A stretch of DNA of 63,480 nucleotides, filler included, from Sphacelaria rigidula (lineage: Eukaryota): the NCBI GenBank assembly GCA_964200075.2. It is 7 parts of 7 records of this genome, joined end to end, with 100 filler letters (N's around TTAATTAATTAA, not from the genome) between each part and the next. Parts side by side here need not be neighbours in the genome. Positions count along the whole stretch, not along the records: positions 18,171 to 27,155 come from CAXNAA020009589.1; positions 27,256 to 36,238 come from CAXNAA020009590.1; 5 more parts are not named here. One strand, given 5' to 3'. Position 1 is the first letter of the stretch, and every line of letters starts with the position of its first letter. Of the stretch, positions 24,265 to 36,338 are shown one piece after another. The notes under the pieces were generated by a model that did not search any database, was not told where the DNA came from, and saw only the letters and a list, made by a program, of their open reading frames with translations. Made by a program: the position numbers and the translations under genes.

Positions 24265-27081
24265 TCCCCTCTGAACCGGTACATCAGTCGTCGTGGCTTT
24301 TTCTCTCTCCCAGAAAAAAAATTCAAGGGGGGAAACCCGGCCATCCGGGCGAAAACCCTCTTCCCTCAACAGCTTGTGCTCTATCTAGATAATCCATGGA
24401 CGCCGGTCAAGGCAGATACACGACATGTCAGGAAACGCCCCACAAAACCCATTCCCCTCAAAGTAGCATGGGTGGTTTAACCCAAAATGCACATAAATGC
24501 ATCACTCGAACACCTGAAAATACCCGGCGCTAGCACAACTTCGGTACACACAGAAAACGTACCTACTTGTCACCTCCCAAGTTCATAAAAAAACGTCTGT
24601 GCCTCGTAAACAGGTTGATCGAGAGAGGCTTCGTCAAAATATCAGCATGCTGCCATCCTGAGCCTACATGCACAACCCTGATCTTTCCCGTCCTCACCAG
24701 CTCTCGAATGACGTGATATCTCACGTCTACGTGCTTACTCCTGTCGGAACTGAGAGGATTCTCGGCCAGAGCTTTTGCTCCCTCGTTGTCCTCGTACAAA
24801 ATAATAGCTTTGTCCTCTCCGCTTCCCGACACAGTCTGCGGTCGCAGGAACGTCAACACTGCCTTCACAAACAATCCCTCCTTTGCTCCCTCGGCCATTG
24901 CAACATACTCTGCCTCCGTAGTTGACAGAGTTACGCAGTGTTGCGTGCGGCTCGTTGCCGACACTACCACACCACCGTACATCACGGCTACCCCTAATAC
25001 CGAACGCCTATCTGTTTCCTTCTTAGCGTAATCTGCATCGCAGTAGACTGAAAGCCTATCATGACCTTTTTTGAACGTAAGTCCAAACTCCTTCGTCTAA
25101 TTTAGATACTTCAGAACTTTCATCACAGCTTCCCAGTGCCTCTCGCATGGGTCATGCGACTGGCGAGCAAGCGCTCGTACCGAATTCGCGATGTCGGGTC
25201 TGGTGACTGTTGCCAGCCACATCAACCCCCCCACTGCGTTGCGGTATGGGCGATTCATCTTTTTATCTTCGCCCGTGGTCGGCCCTAACTTTACAGAAAC
25301 AGAGGCAGGGATTTCCGAGTACCCCCTCACCTCAAAACGCTTCAGGAGCGTATCCGTGACTGTGGTTTGCGTCACAGACAGCGTGCCTCAATCCCAGTCT
25401 CTATCCACTGCGCACCCCATGTACCAGATGACCTCTTCGAGATTGTTCGTGGGGAACTTTTTGTTCATGATCTATCCCACCTTTCCTACCCATTCCTCAG
25501 AACCACTGATGAGGATGTCGTTCACATGAACTACTAAAATCACACTCACGTCTCCTGCATCCTCCATCTTGAAAACACATGGGTCAGCCTCACACTGCAC
25601 CATGCCGACATCCTCCAGCAAAGTTTGGCACAGAAGACGAGATCACTGCCTGCCCGCTTGCTTGATCCCGTAAATAGATTTTTCAAGCTTCACGGTCACG
25701 TCTGTCAGAACGGAGCAACCTTCAGGCAACCTCATGTACACGTCAGTATCCATTTCTGCTTGAACAAAAGCCTGTGTCACGTCAAAATGATACAGCGGCT
25801 ACTCTTCCTGAACTGCCACTGCCATGACCAGTTTGATGGGGGCCATGGAGGGCGTTCCCGCGAAAGTCTCGAAATAGTTGACTGCAAAACGTTGTCCAAA
25901 ACCTCGCTCTACCAACCTTGCCTTTGCCTTCGTTACAGTACCATCTGCGTCGGTCTTCCAACTAAAAACCCGCTTCGCTGAAATCACGTTTGCTGCTTCC
26001 GGTACAGGGCCAGTCGAAAATGTTCCAGCCTTTTCATGACCGCCTAGTTCTGCCTGCATCGCGCCTAATCATGCCTCTCGAAGTTCTGACTTGGCGATGT
26101 CATCCATACTGGTTGGTGCTGCCTCTATTTTGCTTACGTGTAGGCCAACCGGTGAACGCAAACCGAATTCAGGCTGCCCTACCCTGTTTTCCTCAGCGAC
26201 AGAACAAAAAACTCGTTTTCAGCTAACTCGTGTTGAGTCGAAGCGATTGCGTCTTGTCCGGCCACCTGTCCTGCTGCCGTGGTGATGACCTCCATGGTTG
26301 AGCATTTGTCCTCGGCCATTCCCGCCAGCGCCATCTCCGCTTCCTTTTTGTTCTCCTCCGCTCCGCTAGCCGCCAGCGTTTCACCTCGTGCGTGTGCCGA
26401 CCCCATGGCCTCGCGCGTTTGGCTCCTCGTACGCCCCGCCCTTGGTGTTGGTAACCGGTCAGCCCACGCAAGACAGCGTTACTCGGTTCTCGGGAGTTGA
26501 GGAACGTCGCCGCCCCCCCCGCCATCTTGCGAGGGACCCGTGGAAGAGGGTGTCAGGGCGGGCGACGAGGCAGTGTCCGATGCCGATGTGAGCGTCCGCG
26601 TAGGTGTCGGCGTCTGCGCTGGTGTCTGCGTTGGTGTCTGCGTCGGCGCTGATGTTGGCGTTGATGATGATAGTGATGATTCCGGCTCCGCCTCACCCCC
26701 TTCGTAGACAAGATCTGGAACGAGGATCTCTGGTATCACCCCGCCTTCCCCCCCCCTCGCGGGGACGGGGAAGGCACTTCGCCCCCTCCACTACTGACGA
26801 GGATCCGCGGTGCTGCTCCGCCCCTCCCACCGACAGAACTCGGCGGGGAGGACGGCGCGGTCGAGGAACCGCTGGGTGAAGTGTCCACTGTCGAGCTTTC
26901 CGTCCTGTCTTCACCCACATCCTGGCCTTGATCGACGCTGGAATCCTTCAGCTCGCCCGGCGTCTGGATAGCTTGTGCTCTCGTGTGCGTCGATCTTGGA
27001 ATCGGTGCCCGCAGTCCCTTTGCCTCTGAGCAGCCGCGGCAGGGCTGCAGCTCCCCAGTCAGCTCTTTTCCCTGCTGCTTC
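24121..27081 (-). mobile_element. Ty1/copia copy B (RT-RH present, integrase core deleted, 5' part interrupted)
   Basis: Co-linear and highly similar to 18238-20850. It jumps from THTRA (pre-integrase) to the post-integrase linker at about 26972. Confidence 0.93.
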
Positions 27082-27155
27082 GACACTTTCTACGATAGCC
27101 CCCCCCCAAAACCAGCTATAAGTGTCACGAAAAAAATGGCCATACAGCGCCTGAT
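27082..27155 (+). mobile_element. Terminus of a CTACGATAG-family TIR element interrupting copia B
   Basis: gacactttctacgatag begins where copia homology stops. The contig ends inside it. Confidence 0.5.
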
Positions 27156-27255
27156 NNNNNNNNNNNNNNNNNNNNNNNNNNNNNNNNNNNNNNNNNNNNT
27201 TAATTAATTAANNNNNNNNNNNNNNNNNNNNNNNNNNNNNNNNNNNNNNNNNNNN
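27156..27255. other. Artificial contig linker
   Basis: Same 100-bp spacer. Confidence 0.99.
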
Positions 27256-30153
27256 AAGCTCAGAAGGTTTGGCTAGCAAGCTAGTCCCGGGCTACGTGCG
27301 ATCGACGCTAGCATGGGCAGCCGCCTGCGTCAGGGTTCGAAAGAAAGACGGACGGTAGTTTTACGACTATGTCAAGATTATCATGGACTGAACCAACTTC
27401 TTGAGTCGTACAGCGGCAGCTGGAGGGATATGTAGACCATGTATAGTAGGCTAGCAGAATCCAAGTATTCTAGGAGCGTTGATTTAGCGAATGGGTTTTT
27501 CCAGTTGAAGGTGGAAGAAGTATTTTGGCAGCCAAAGAGTTCGTAGGAGTGATACGCTGATGCGGACTGGAAGGCGTTGGATTGTGTTAGAGTATATCAG
27601 ATTGGAGAGGGAGTCAGGCTGGTACATACGAGTCCGGGGCGCGGTTCTTTCCACAACCTCGTGGAAGAAGTGCAATCACAATTGTTGGTAGGGAATACAA
27701 GTCGGGTTGCACCATTCAAATGGGCCGAGCCGGAATCAGCATCAGCCAGTGTCGTCAAAAAGTTGGTCGAGTCATTCCTCTCACCAACCTCTGTGACAAC
27801 GCTGATCTTGGAGAGTACTGCTGTGATAGTGCGCTCTCCTGGTAAGAACGAGCTCGTTGCTCCGTGTTGAGCGGAGCTGGGGGTCTCACTGAGCAGGCCT
27901 CAGTATCAGCCGTGCAGGTGGGCGCACCGTATCGGAAAAGACGGACCCATGTGGTCGCCTTCAAAGCTAATCGTCGGAGGGAAGGACAACTGCGAGCGTG
28001 GAAGCAGCGAGTGAAAACGTACACCGTCGCCTGCCCCACGTTGGGTTAGCGATTAGGGCGGACAAGTATTTATTTTTCTGGTGCCGACAGGACAGGGCGA
28101 GGCGATTCACACTTCCGAGAATCCGATGCCCAGATTATTTCGTTCTTAGCTGACGAAAGGGAAACCAAGGCGCGAGGAATTCAGACACCATGGGGCGGAC
28201 GCAGGTGGATAGGAAGAAGCAGTCGAGCTGGAAAGAGACGATTTCGTGAAAGTTGCGACTACTCTCGACTGTTACGAGATACCACCCCGTTAATTAACGA
28301 CGCCATACCATAGATTGTGGCTAATTTCGTTCACTCGTGGATGATGAAGGCAGTTATATCAGGTGGAAGCGGAAATTTTGTTCAGCCTGACTCATATCCA
28401 GGGTGAGGTTGAGGATTTGAGCACGCTCGCTACAATGTGGCCTCATGACGAAGCAGAGTTACCAGAGGCTTGGGGAGCCGCTGTAACTCGTTCATCAGTT
28501 CAAGAGGCAGAGCGGGAGTCAGACCAATACCCTGGTGGGGGGGAAGCTCCACCTGAGGAGCCACGGATGCCAGGTAAAGGTAGCCCTCAGACTGTTCTCG
28601 AGCATGCGAGAGCGATTCTGAGGAACAAGCCACGACTAGCTTTGCTGCAAGAGCGGGACTCCCGGCTTGAGCCCAAGGTACAGGTGAGAGGCAGGAAGCG
28701 TACGTTCCAAAATGATGATAATCTTCTATGGTATACCTCACCTAAGGCGCCAGATAAGTTGGGCACCAAGTAAGTTGGCTATTCCACGCAGTGTAGTGCC
28801 TGGCCTGCTCGCGTTGGTGCACACTACGCAAGGGGACGCCGGAGTGATGAAAGCGACTGTAGTGGTCAACGCACGCTATGAGTGACCCGGTCTTTTCGCC
28901 GATACTCGCAAACACGTGCTGTCTTGTGGATGTCGCCAACGCAAACGTACTAATAGCCACACCATAACGGTGCGACCCGCTCGCTTCTTGTAGTTCTGGG
29001 AGATGATGTAGATGAACATATCGGACATAAAGCAGATTTCTACATCTGGAAATCAGTACTTGTTGATTGTTCTGGATCAAGCAACCAAGTTTTCTTTGCT
29101 CTTTCACTAGCAGCCCAAGCTTACTGCGCACATAGTCAAGGGCCTGCTGAAACTGTTCTTGACGCTCGAAACGCCCTATTTTTCTTTGAAGTGGGGGGGA
29201 GTTCACTTCGGAAGTAGTAAACCATGTATGCCATGTGGATGAAGGTGAAGCTGGATCATGATCCCGCAGATCACCCTCGCGATCAGGGCGCCCTGGAAAG
29301 ATACGGAGAATGGTTGTGTGGCGTTTTAGCTGAGCTATGTGAGCAGTGTCTGGAATAGTGGGACGAGTATGTGCATCCTGCTGTATGGATTCATCATACT
29401 ACTTCCGACCAGTCACTGCCGCATAACCCAACGCGATTAATGCTGCTTTTGAACGCGAGCCTCGCACCCAAGTCGACTCTGTGTCACCTGAAGCAGAATC
29501 TCTACCGTTGAATAACACGGTAGAGCAACATCGACAAAATTGAAGGACGTTCATGAGCTGTTAACCCAACGTATAATATATGATGCTAATCAAAGAGTCT
29601 GACAGCTCCTTTCTGGACGAAGATATACCGGTCAAATTTGTACACGACTTGTAGACTGGGCCGGGAACGGTGCAGTAGGGGGTGATACCAGGTCTCAATC
29701 TTGAGGTCAAAATGCAGGTGCGTAAAGTACAAGAGCGAACGGTGTTCGCAGCCAACGTGGAGAAATTTCATGTGCACCCAGAACAGCTGCAGCATTCAGG
29801 TCCAGGCAAGGTCTGTTAGCTAGCTTGGGGCACATCTAGGGTTGGCTGAGGACATCACGTCCACACCTCTACTATATACTCTGACGGATGGGAAAGTAGT
29901 GCTGGGCCTAGGATCGTGAGTGTGAGAATATCAACGGTTGTTTCACGACGGAGCTGAACCACACTGGCTTTCAGAGGAGAGGATTTGGACAGTTTGACTG
30001 AGTTACAGTTGGACGTGTTTCCATGTCTTATGCGAATTATTTCAACCGCAGACCAGGCCCCGTCTATCCACTACACCATCTCGAGCAGAGAAGGGCTCAA
30101 TTGCGTGGTAGATTCCCCGATGTACCAAGATCCGCATACGGTTTACGGACAGC

Positions 30154-30530
30154 CCAGTGCGGTCAGCACGATCAAAGACTTCTCCGGATTGGATGGGATC
30201 GTTTTTGTACGGTGTTTAAATTCCCTACGTGGTCTAACCCGGCAGAGCGGTCAACAAGATCAAGGACTTCTCCAGACTGGGTGGGATCGTTTCTGTACGG
30301 TGTTTAAATTCCCTGCGTAATCTAACCCGACAGAGCGGTCAACAAGATCAAGAACTTCTCCGGACTGGATGGGATCGTTTCTGTATGGTGTTGAAATTCC
30401 CTACGTGGTCTAACCCGGCAGAGCGGTCAACAAGATCAAGGACCCCCCCCCTGGGCGGGATAGAATAGTTCCTGCACGGTGTTAAAATGCCCTACGCGGT
30501 ATAACCCAGCAGAACGATTTTCAAGATCGA
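30154..30530 (+). repeat. 88-bp tandem repeat, about 4 copies, in the gypsy 3' UTR
   Basis: cagagcggtcaacaagatcaag starts at 30243, 30331 and 30419 (period 88), with degenerate flanking copies. Confidence 0.92.
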
Positions 30531-30641
30531 CGGCTATACCAAGACGCCGAGTACTCGGGAAGAGGGACATGGTAGCGCGGCGATCCATCGTGTGAACCAC
30601 GTTCAGTCCCAGGGTTTTTCAACCCAAGGACTGAGGGGGTG

Positions 30642-31032
30642 TGTTACGGGTCGCGGCGTGGCGTGGTGGATAAGGGTAGTACGATGATGGGCCGTCGATT
30701 CAAAACGACTTACGCGCCCGGAGGGCTGATTGCGGGAACTGGCTAGTACCGCAGTCAGGGGTGAGGCGTTATGTAAATCCGTCGAGAGACGGAATACATA
30801 AACATGCCTCTTTACATCTGGTTGGATCCGGTCCTTTCCGAGGACCGACCCAATTGGGCACACCCTGGTGTTCACTCCTTTTCGGAAGTGCGAAGTCTCG
30901 ACACCACCAATGAGAGAAAGAGAAAATGAATCGGCCTTGATCTGTGACCAAGCATATCGTGATGTCGTCCTGTGTCATTCTACGGTGGACTTACCCACAT
31001 GCTGTGAGCTTACGATTGTTTCAAGAGTAACG
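30642..31032 (+). repeat. Putative gypsy 3' LTR
   Basis: It follows the PPT, starts TGTTAC and ends GTAACG (one mismatch from GTAACA). Confidence 0.55.
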
Positions 31033-33272
31033 GTGAGACAGTAAGATGTTTGATTCCAGCAGCGAGAAGATGCTAGAAGGTTGACATGATAGCAAAATCG
31101 AACTGTGCCAAATAGAATGGTGAAATGTGTAACCATATGTAATAGTAAAAGTAAGTCATATTTGCATGAGCTAGCAAAACCTCGTGACCTGCATGACCGA
31201 AATGCTATTATTGTTCGCTCTTGTACTTGACTTGTACAGTAGAGACATGCATGTGAACGACCATTAAGGCAAACACTATTCCGTTTGTATCATGGCGCTT
31301 CTGCAACCGGGACTATTGTGTCGACTGTTGTCATCTGCAACGTATTAATCACTCCTCTCGCGATTTCCGAAATGCTCTGTTTCAACGAAGCATCAGCCAC
31401 CATAAGGCTTCGGTCCCCATAGATGAAAAATCTTCGTTCACCTCAAACGATAACCCCGTATGTGATGCCGAATAAACAAACTGTGCCTTATTTGACTATT
31501 TGACAGTATAAAGCGTATATGAAGTACAATTCCCCACTCTGCGACATTTTTGACATCGTCTCCCAACGCGTCTGACAAATACTCGTGGACACATAAACGA
31601 TTTTTGTGCGCATGTGACCCATGTCTTTCGGTTGACGACGTCCCCCAACAGTTTGAAATGATGTTTCCAAACGAAGGCAAGACACCCGTTTTGCTCTACT
31701 ACGCCACAATGGTGAATAGTAGCTATGGCTGTGATGCGAGTTAGCTCATCATGCAATGCCTGCAGACCGTGCCTCGAAAGGGAAACTCAACCTAGTCTAC
31801 TGACCTGACGGACATCGCATGTTATGTACACCCAATATATACTGTATATATATCAGGGTACAATGCGGGTATTTGAATCCTATTTTGCCGCCCCTCGGGA
31901 AGTAACCTTGAGGCAAGTTTGAATTCATGCGTTATTGATATTTGAAGATGGTGATGAATCAACAGCCAACCTCACTCCTTGTCATAACATCCCGCTACCT
32001 GCTTGGATTGATTTCACGGCTTGCTGGATACCGTGTGGATAAGGCTTGCTGCATGCGGCATCTGGGTAAGAGCCAATAATGTGATGAACCGTAAATGCTG
32101 TCAAACGCTGGACTGTTTGTTCATGTAGGATGTTTATATATATATATACATGTGCCGAAATGATGTCGAGCTCATTGCTGTTCGCGGGAGTCAAGCTACC
32201 GCATCCATGCAGCGCTTATCCTCGTGCACATGAAACCACGTTTTACGGCAGCTATGCACGACTACAACGTGTCTGTAGCAAGCGTACCTCTATCATGATC
32301 CAGGGATACCATTGCAATGCTGCCCGCTTGATTTGGAGCTTGCTGTGCACTGTTGAAAAATCGGAGGTAACTTCTGCCTTAAATGTTTATATCAAACTTT
32401 TGATGTACTCCTATTTACTGTCGCAGTTGAAGTGGGGGTATAAAAGCAGGTCATCTGCTGTGTGCACCCCATCACCTGAAACAGCGTTATCACAACGTTT
32501 GTGCAGTGCATAAACCAAGCTTATACCCATCTTTCTGCAACCTGCATAATATCATCAATCATTCTCCTGCTAATCAACTGATACTGGAATGCATGAGACC
32601 ATGGATCGACCGAGTATGATACCGTACGACACGACATGAAAACACTCCGCTCATCCATATACTTTTCCCCCCAAGCATTTCTTGTCATGTACCATTTTGA
32701 GCAAACGTCGAATTAATTTCGGAGCGCGGGGCAATGAGGAGGCACTAACAGAGTGCTGGGCCGACCCTCGCAAATAACCCAACTCATCCCCGCAACTGAT
32801 ACCCGTCGGGATGTCGACTTTCAGGATCACCTGTTATATCAATATCCTTTGTGGTTCCCATTCCCATGTGAAGGTACCAAGCTCAGTTCTGCACGAGGCA
32901 CTGTACCCTTCAGCTCGGCCATCTGTCTTATCCGCACCCGAAATACAAGCATGGATCTGTTACTCAAAATGCGATCATGTACATGCAGGTGGACAGTTTT
33001 TCGTTTCCATGCCCATCCATAACGTACCATGTACAACACAGCTACCCCTGCACCATTGCCCGAAATTCAGCCATGTGATGCCGCACCTCAGTTGCAACTC
33101 GAGTTAGGGTTAGGGTTAAGCCTAACCATCTCTTCAACGACCGGATCAGACATGGGAAGACATGAATGGTTACGTCAGCTGATTGGATTGGCATCCTAAA
33201 CATCAACTGCTGCAGTCAGGCACGCCACGCCACGCAACACCCTCGATGGACTCACTTCCCCCGAAGTCAAGT

Positions 33273-35396
33273 TTACGGCGTGACAGCCCCTGTCACATCT
33301 TCGATCGGCCGGGTAAACAGTTTGTCAAACCTCAAATGCCGCAGCGAAGCAGGCCATGCAACCTCGTCGATCTCTTGGTTGAAGTTGTGCCCGAAGACCA
33401 ACTTCTGCAGCAGGACAGGCCATACTACACCCTTGATCGGCTGGTTAAAGTTGTCACTGAACATCAACTCATGTAGCGAGGCAGGCCATGCCACACGCTC
33501 AATCGGCTGGTTGAAGAGGCAACCGAGTGTTAACTGCTGCAGCGAGGGAGGCCATGCCACATCTTCAATCGGCTGGTTGAACCCCCCCGGGTACATCAAA
33601 TCCACACGCCACGACAAGTCTTCCAATGGTTCGTGACGGTAGTCGCCGAGCACCCACTTCCGCAGAAAAGCAGACCATGTCACGCTCTCGATGCGGCGGT
33701 CCTGGACCAAACCGAACGTCAACTGCTGCAGCGAGGCAGGCCACGCCACACGCTGGATCGACTGGTTGAAGTTGTTTCCGAACCACAACTTCTGCAGCGA
33801 GGCAGGCCACGCCACACCCTCGATCGGCTGATTAAATGCTTCCGAAAACAGTAACTTCTGCAGCAAGGGTGGCCACACGACACCCACGATCGGCTGGTCA
33901 AATCTCCGCCCTAACGTCAGCTGCTGCAGCGAGGCAGGCCATGCTACAAGCTCGATGGGCTGGTTGAAGTCGCCAGCAAATGTCAACTGCTGCAGCGAGG
34001 GAGGCCACGCCACACCCACGATCGGCTGGTTGAAAAACCACCCGAACGTCAGATGCTGCAGCGAGGCAGGCCATGTCACACGGTCGATCGGCTGGTTGAA
34101 CATCCTTTCGAATGTCAACTGTTGTAGTGGGGCAGGCCATACCACACCCTCGATCGGCTGGTTGAAGTGGGAGCCAAATGTCAACTGCTGCAGCGAGGCA
34201 GGCCATGCCACACGGTCAATCGACCGGTTGAACCCCCCCCGGAATGACAACTGCTGCAGCAACACAGGCCACGACACACGCTCGATCGGCTGGTTGAAGT
34301 AGCCGTCAAATATCAATTGATGCAGCGAGGTGGGCCACGCTACACGCTCGATCGGCTGGTTGAACCCCTTCTCGAACACCAGATGCTGCAGCGAGGCAGG
34401 CCATGCCACACGCTCGACCGGCTGGTTGAAACACCACCCGAACGCCAGATGCTGCAGCGAGGCTGGCCATGCCACACGTGTGATCGGCTGGTTGAAATAC
34501 CACCCGAACACCAACTGCTGCAGCGAGGCAGGCCATGTCACACGCGTGATCGGCTGGTTGAAGTCGCGCCCGAAAATAAACTGCTGCAGAGAGGCAGGCC
34601 ATGTCACCCGCTCGATCGGCTGGTTGTACGTATCTCCGAACGTCAACTGCTGCAACCAGGCAGGCCATGTCACCAGCTCGATCGGCTGATCGAATCCCTT
34701 CCCAAACACCAACTGCTGCAGAGAGGCGGGCCATGCCAGACCCTCAATTGACTGATTGAAGTTCGTCCCAAACGCCAATTGCTGCAATGAGGCAGGCCAC
34801 GCCACGTCATCTACAGGCTGGTTGAAATCCGACCCGAACGCCAACTGCTGCAAAGACGCAGGCCAGGCCACGTTCTTGATCGATTGATCGAACCCCTTCC
34901 GGCCAAACGAGCTATCCCCAAACGAGATACGTCTCAGCCGCATTGGCCATATCATATCATCAAGACCGGCGTTGAAATCGCTGTCAAATTGCATGAATTC
35001 AACATTGGCCAAAACGTTGGTCTTTCGAGACATGAGCTCGATATCTGCACACGCCATCCATACAACGCCGCGTGCTCGCAGCTGCGGCACTCTAGTCTTA
35101 TCGACAACGCTATCCATCGGAATCGATAACTGCTCAGCAGGAGCCGCCCACAACCTTCGCGGTGTGTTCCTATCAACCGTCACGCGTAATGTGCTGACGC
35201 CGCGGCAAGCTATGCAAACGTTCAGCGACGCCAGCTGCAAGCACTTTGTGGGTAGGTACGACTCTCGCTCCGATGCAGCCTCGTTGAGCGCGATGGTGAG
35301 TGCATCCAGGCACAAGTTGCTACCTGTATCAAGAGGAGGAAGGACAATTGAGTGGATTGCACGTGAACACGAGCATGATACTCTGGCTCGACTCAA
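33273..35396 (-). CDS. FNIP-repeat protein, ~25 x 22-aa repeats, uninterrupted ORF; start uncertain, possibly a pseudogene
   Basis: Consensus FNQPIERVAWPASLQQLTFGxx with 66-bp DNA period. The ORF opens at TTG and the first in-frame ATG is near 35117. Decayed repeats continue past the stop to about 33170. Confidence 0.88.
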   Translation of the reverse strand: MSRARVSCSCSRAIHSIVLPPLDTGSNLCLDALTIALNEAASERESYLPTKCLQLASLNVCIACRGVSTLRVTVDRNTPRRLWAAPAEQLSIPMDSVVDKTRVPQLRARGVVWMACADIELMSRKTNVLANVEFMQFDSDFNAGLDDMIWPMRLRRISFGDSSFGRKGFDQSIKNVAWPASLQQLAFGSDFNQPVDDVAWPASLQQLAFGTNFNQSIEGLAWPASLQQLVFGKGFDQPIELVTWPAWLQQLTFGDTYNQPIERVTWPASLQQFIFGRDFNQPITRVTWPASLQQLVFGWYFNQPITRVAWPASLQHLAFGWCFNQPVERVAWPASLQHLVFEKGFNQPIERVAWPTSLHQLIFDGYFNQPIERVSWPVLLQQLSFRGGFNRSIDRVAWPASLQQLTFGSHFNQPIEGVVWPAPLQQLTFERMFNQPIDRVTWPASLQHLTFGWFFNQPIVGVAWPPSLQQLTFAGDFNQPIELVAWPASLQQLTLGRRFDQPIVGVVWPPLLQKLLFSEAFNQPIEGVAWPASLQKLWFGNNFNQSIQRVAWPASLQQLTFGLVQDRRIESVTWSAFLRKWVLGDYRHEPLEDLSWRVDLMYPGGFNQPIEDVAWPPSLQQLTLGCLFNQPIERVAWPASLHELMFSDNFNQPIKGVVWPVLLQKLVFGHNFNQEIDEVAWPASLRHLRFDKLFTRPIEDVTGAVTP

Positions 35397-35429
35397 TATC
35401 TTTTACAAATGCAATGGCTGAACATTGGT

Positions 35430-35725
35430 AGTATCGGACAACTTTCCAAGATTGTATTGTGTAGGGTACGGGTATGTTCGGTAGGGTGTGGGAGTTACAG
35501 AATTCAAAGAACTGCGGAGTACCGGTATGGAGGTCTTGAAGATCTCACAGAACCTGTCGAGTACCGTATTAATGACATACAGAAATCCCCACCCAGGTAA
35601 ATATTTCGTACAGATCGTACAGAACTATCAGGTACCGGTATGGGAGGCTTACAGTGCATACACAGTTGTCGGATAATGGGAGTGAAAGCCAACAAAACTC
35701 ACAAAACCTGTCGGTACGAGAAAGA
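35430..35725. mobile_element. GTACCGGTA/ACAGAA-rich non-autonomous element relic
   Basis: Reiterated gtaccggtatgg and cacagaac motifs. A similar motif-rich block lies at 36555-36810. Confidence 0.45.
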
Positions 35726-36238
35726 CCAGAGTCAATGCTCGGTGTAGACAATAAACCGCACCCTACAGGACATACTTTTGACTATAGGCTGGGTCAGGGT
35801 GGACGAAAAGATTGTATTCCCCCGCGATATTTATTCCGATTTCGAGTTGGACCCTGATATTATGCACATGGGTACTCTAGGATATTGAGAAACCCTGTGT
35901 GAATGGTCTTCCTCCAACGATTTTGCCAAATATTCGGGTGCCAGGAGGCTTTGACAGAATAGAACGGGAAAGGCATTCAAACAGAGCTCCTAAATATCTC
36001 AGAGCATTCGTGTGCAGCATTTCAGGGTCTAACTCGGAAAGCACCCGTATGTGGAATCCCCGCAATCATTTGGCTACAGTATGCTACAGACGTTTTTCTC
36101 GTGCGCTTGAGCATCTCATCGACCGTTTGAGATCAGCTTTTCGGGCGACGTGATTAAGTTTTGTACAATCAACAACAAATTGTGCGAGTTGAGGTTAAAC
36201 TCCGAGATGAGGTTCAAGCCTAAAACAGTGCTTTCCCC

Positions 36239-36338
36239 NNNNNNNNNNNNNNNNNNNNNNNNNNNNNNNNNNNNNNNNNNNNTTAATTAATTAANNNNNN
36301 NNNNNNNNNNNNNNNNNNNNNNNNNNNNNNNNNNNNNN
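36239..36338. other. Artificial contig linker
   Basis: Same 100-bp spacer. Confidence 0.99.

Larger units (their letters stand above)
27256..31032 (+). mobile_element. Heavily decayed Ty3/gypsy LTR retrotransposon (RT fragment, integrase relic, 3' LTR)
   Basis: RT: LRLCQDYHGLN and VDLANGFFQL at about 27360-27510. Integrase: LAIPRSVVPGLLALVH and GNQYLLIVLDQATKF at about 28775-29095. PPT gagggggtg, then TGTTAC...GTAAC. Confidence 0.8.

Noticed and set aside
30154..30530. CRISPR-like array
   Set aside because: The units are contiguous tandem copies with no unique spacers.
32750..33090. SET-like or 2OG-Fe(II) oxygenase relic on - strand
   Set aside because: Only vague motif echoes across several broken frames.
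33166..34751. Repetitive Cys/Trp-rich ORFs on + strand
   Set aside because: They are antisense shadows of the FNIP array.
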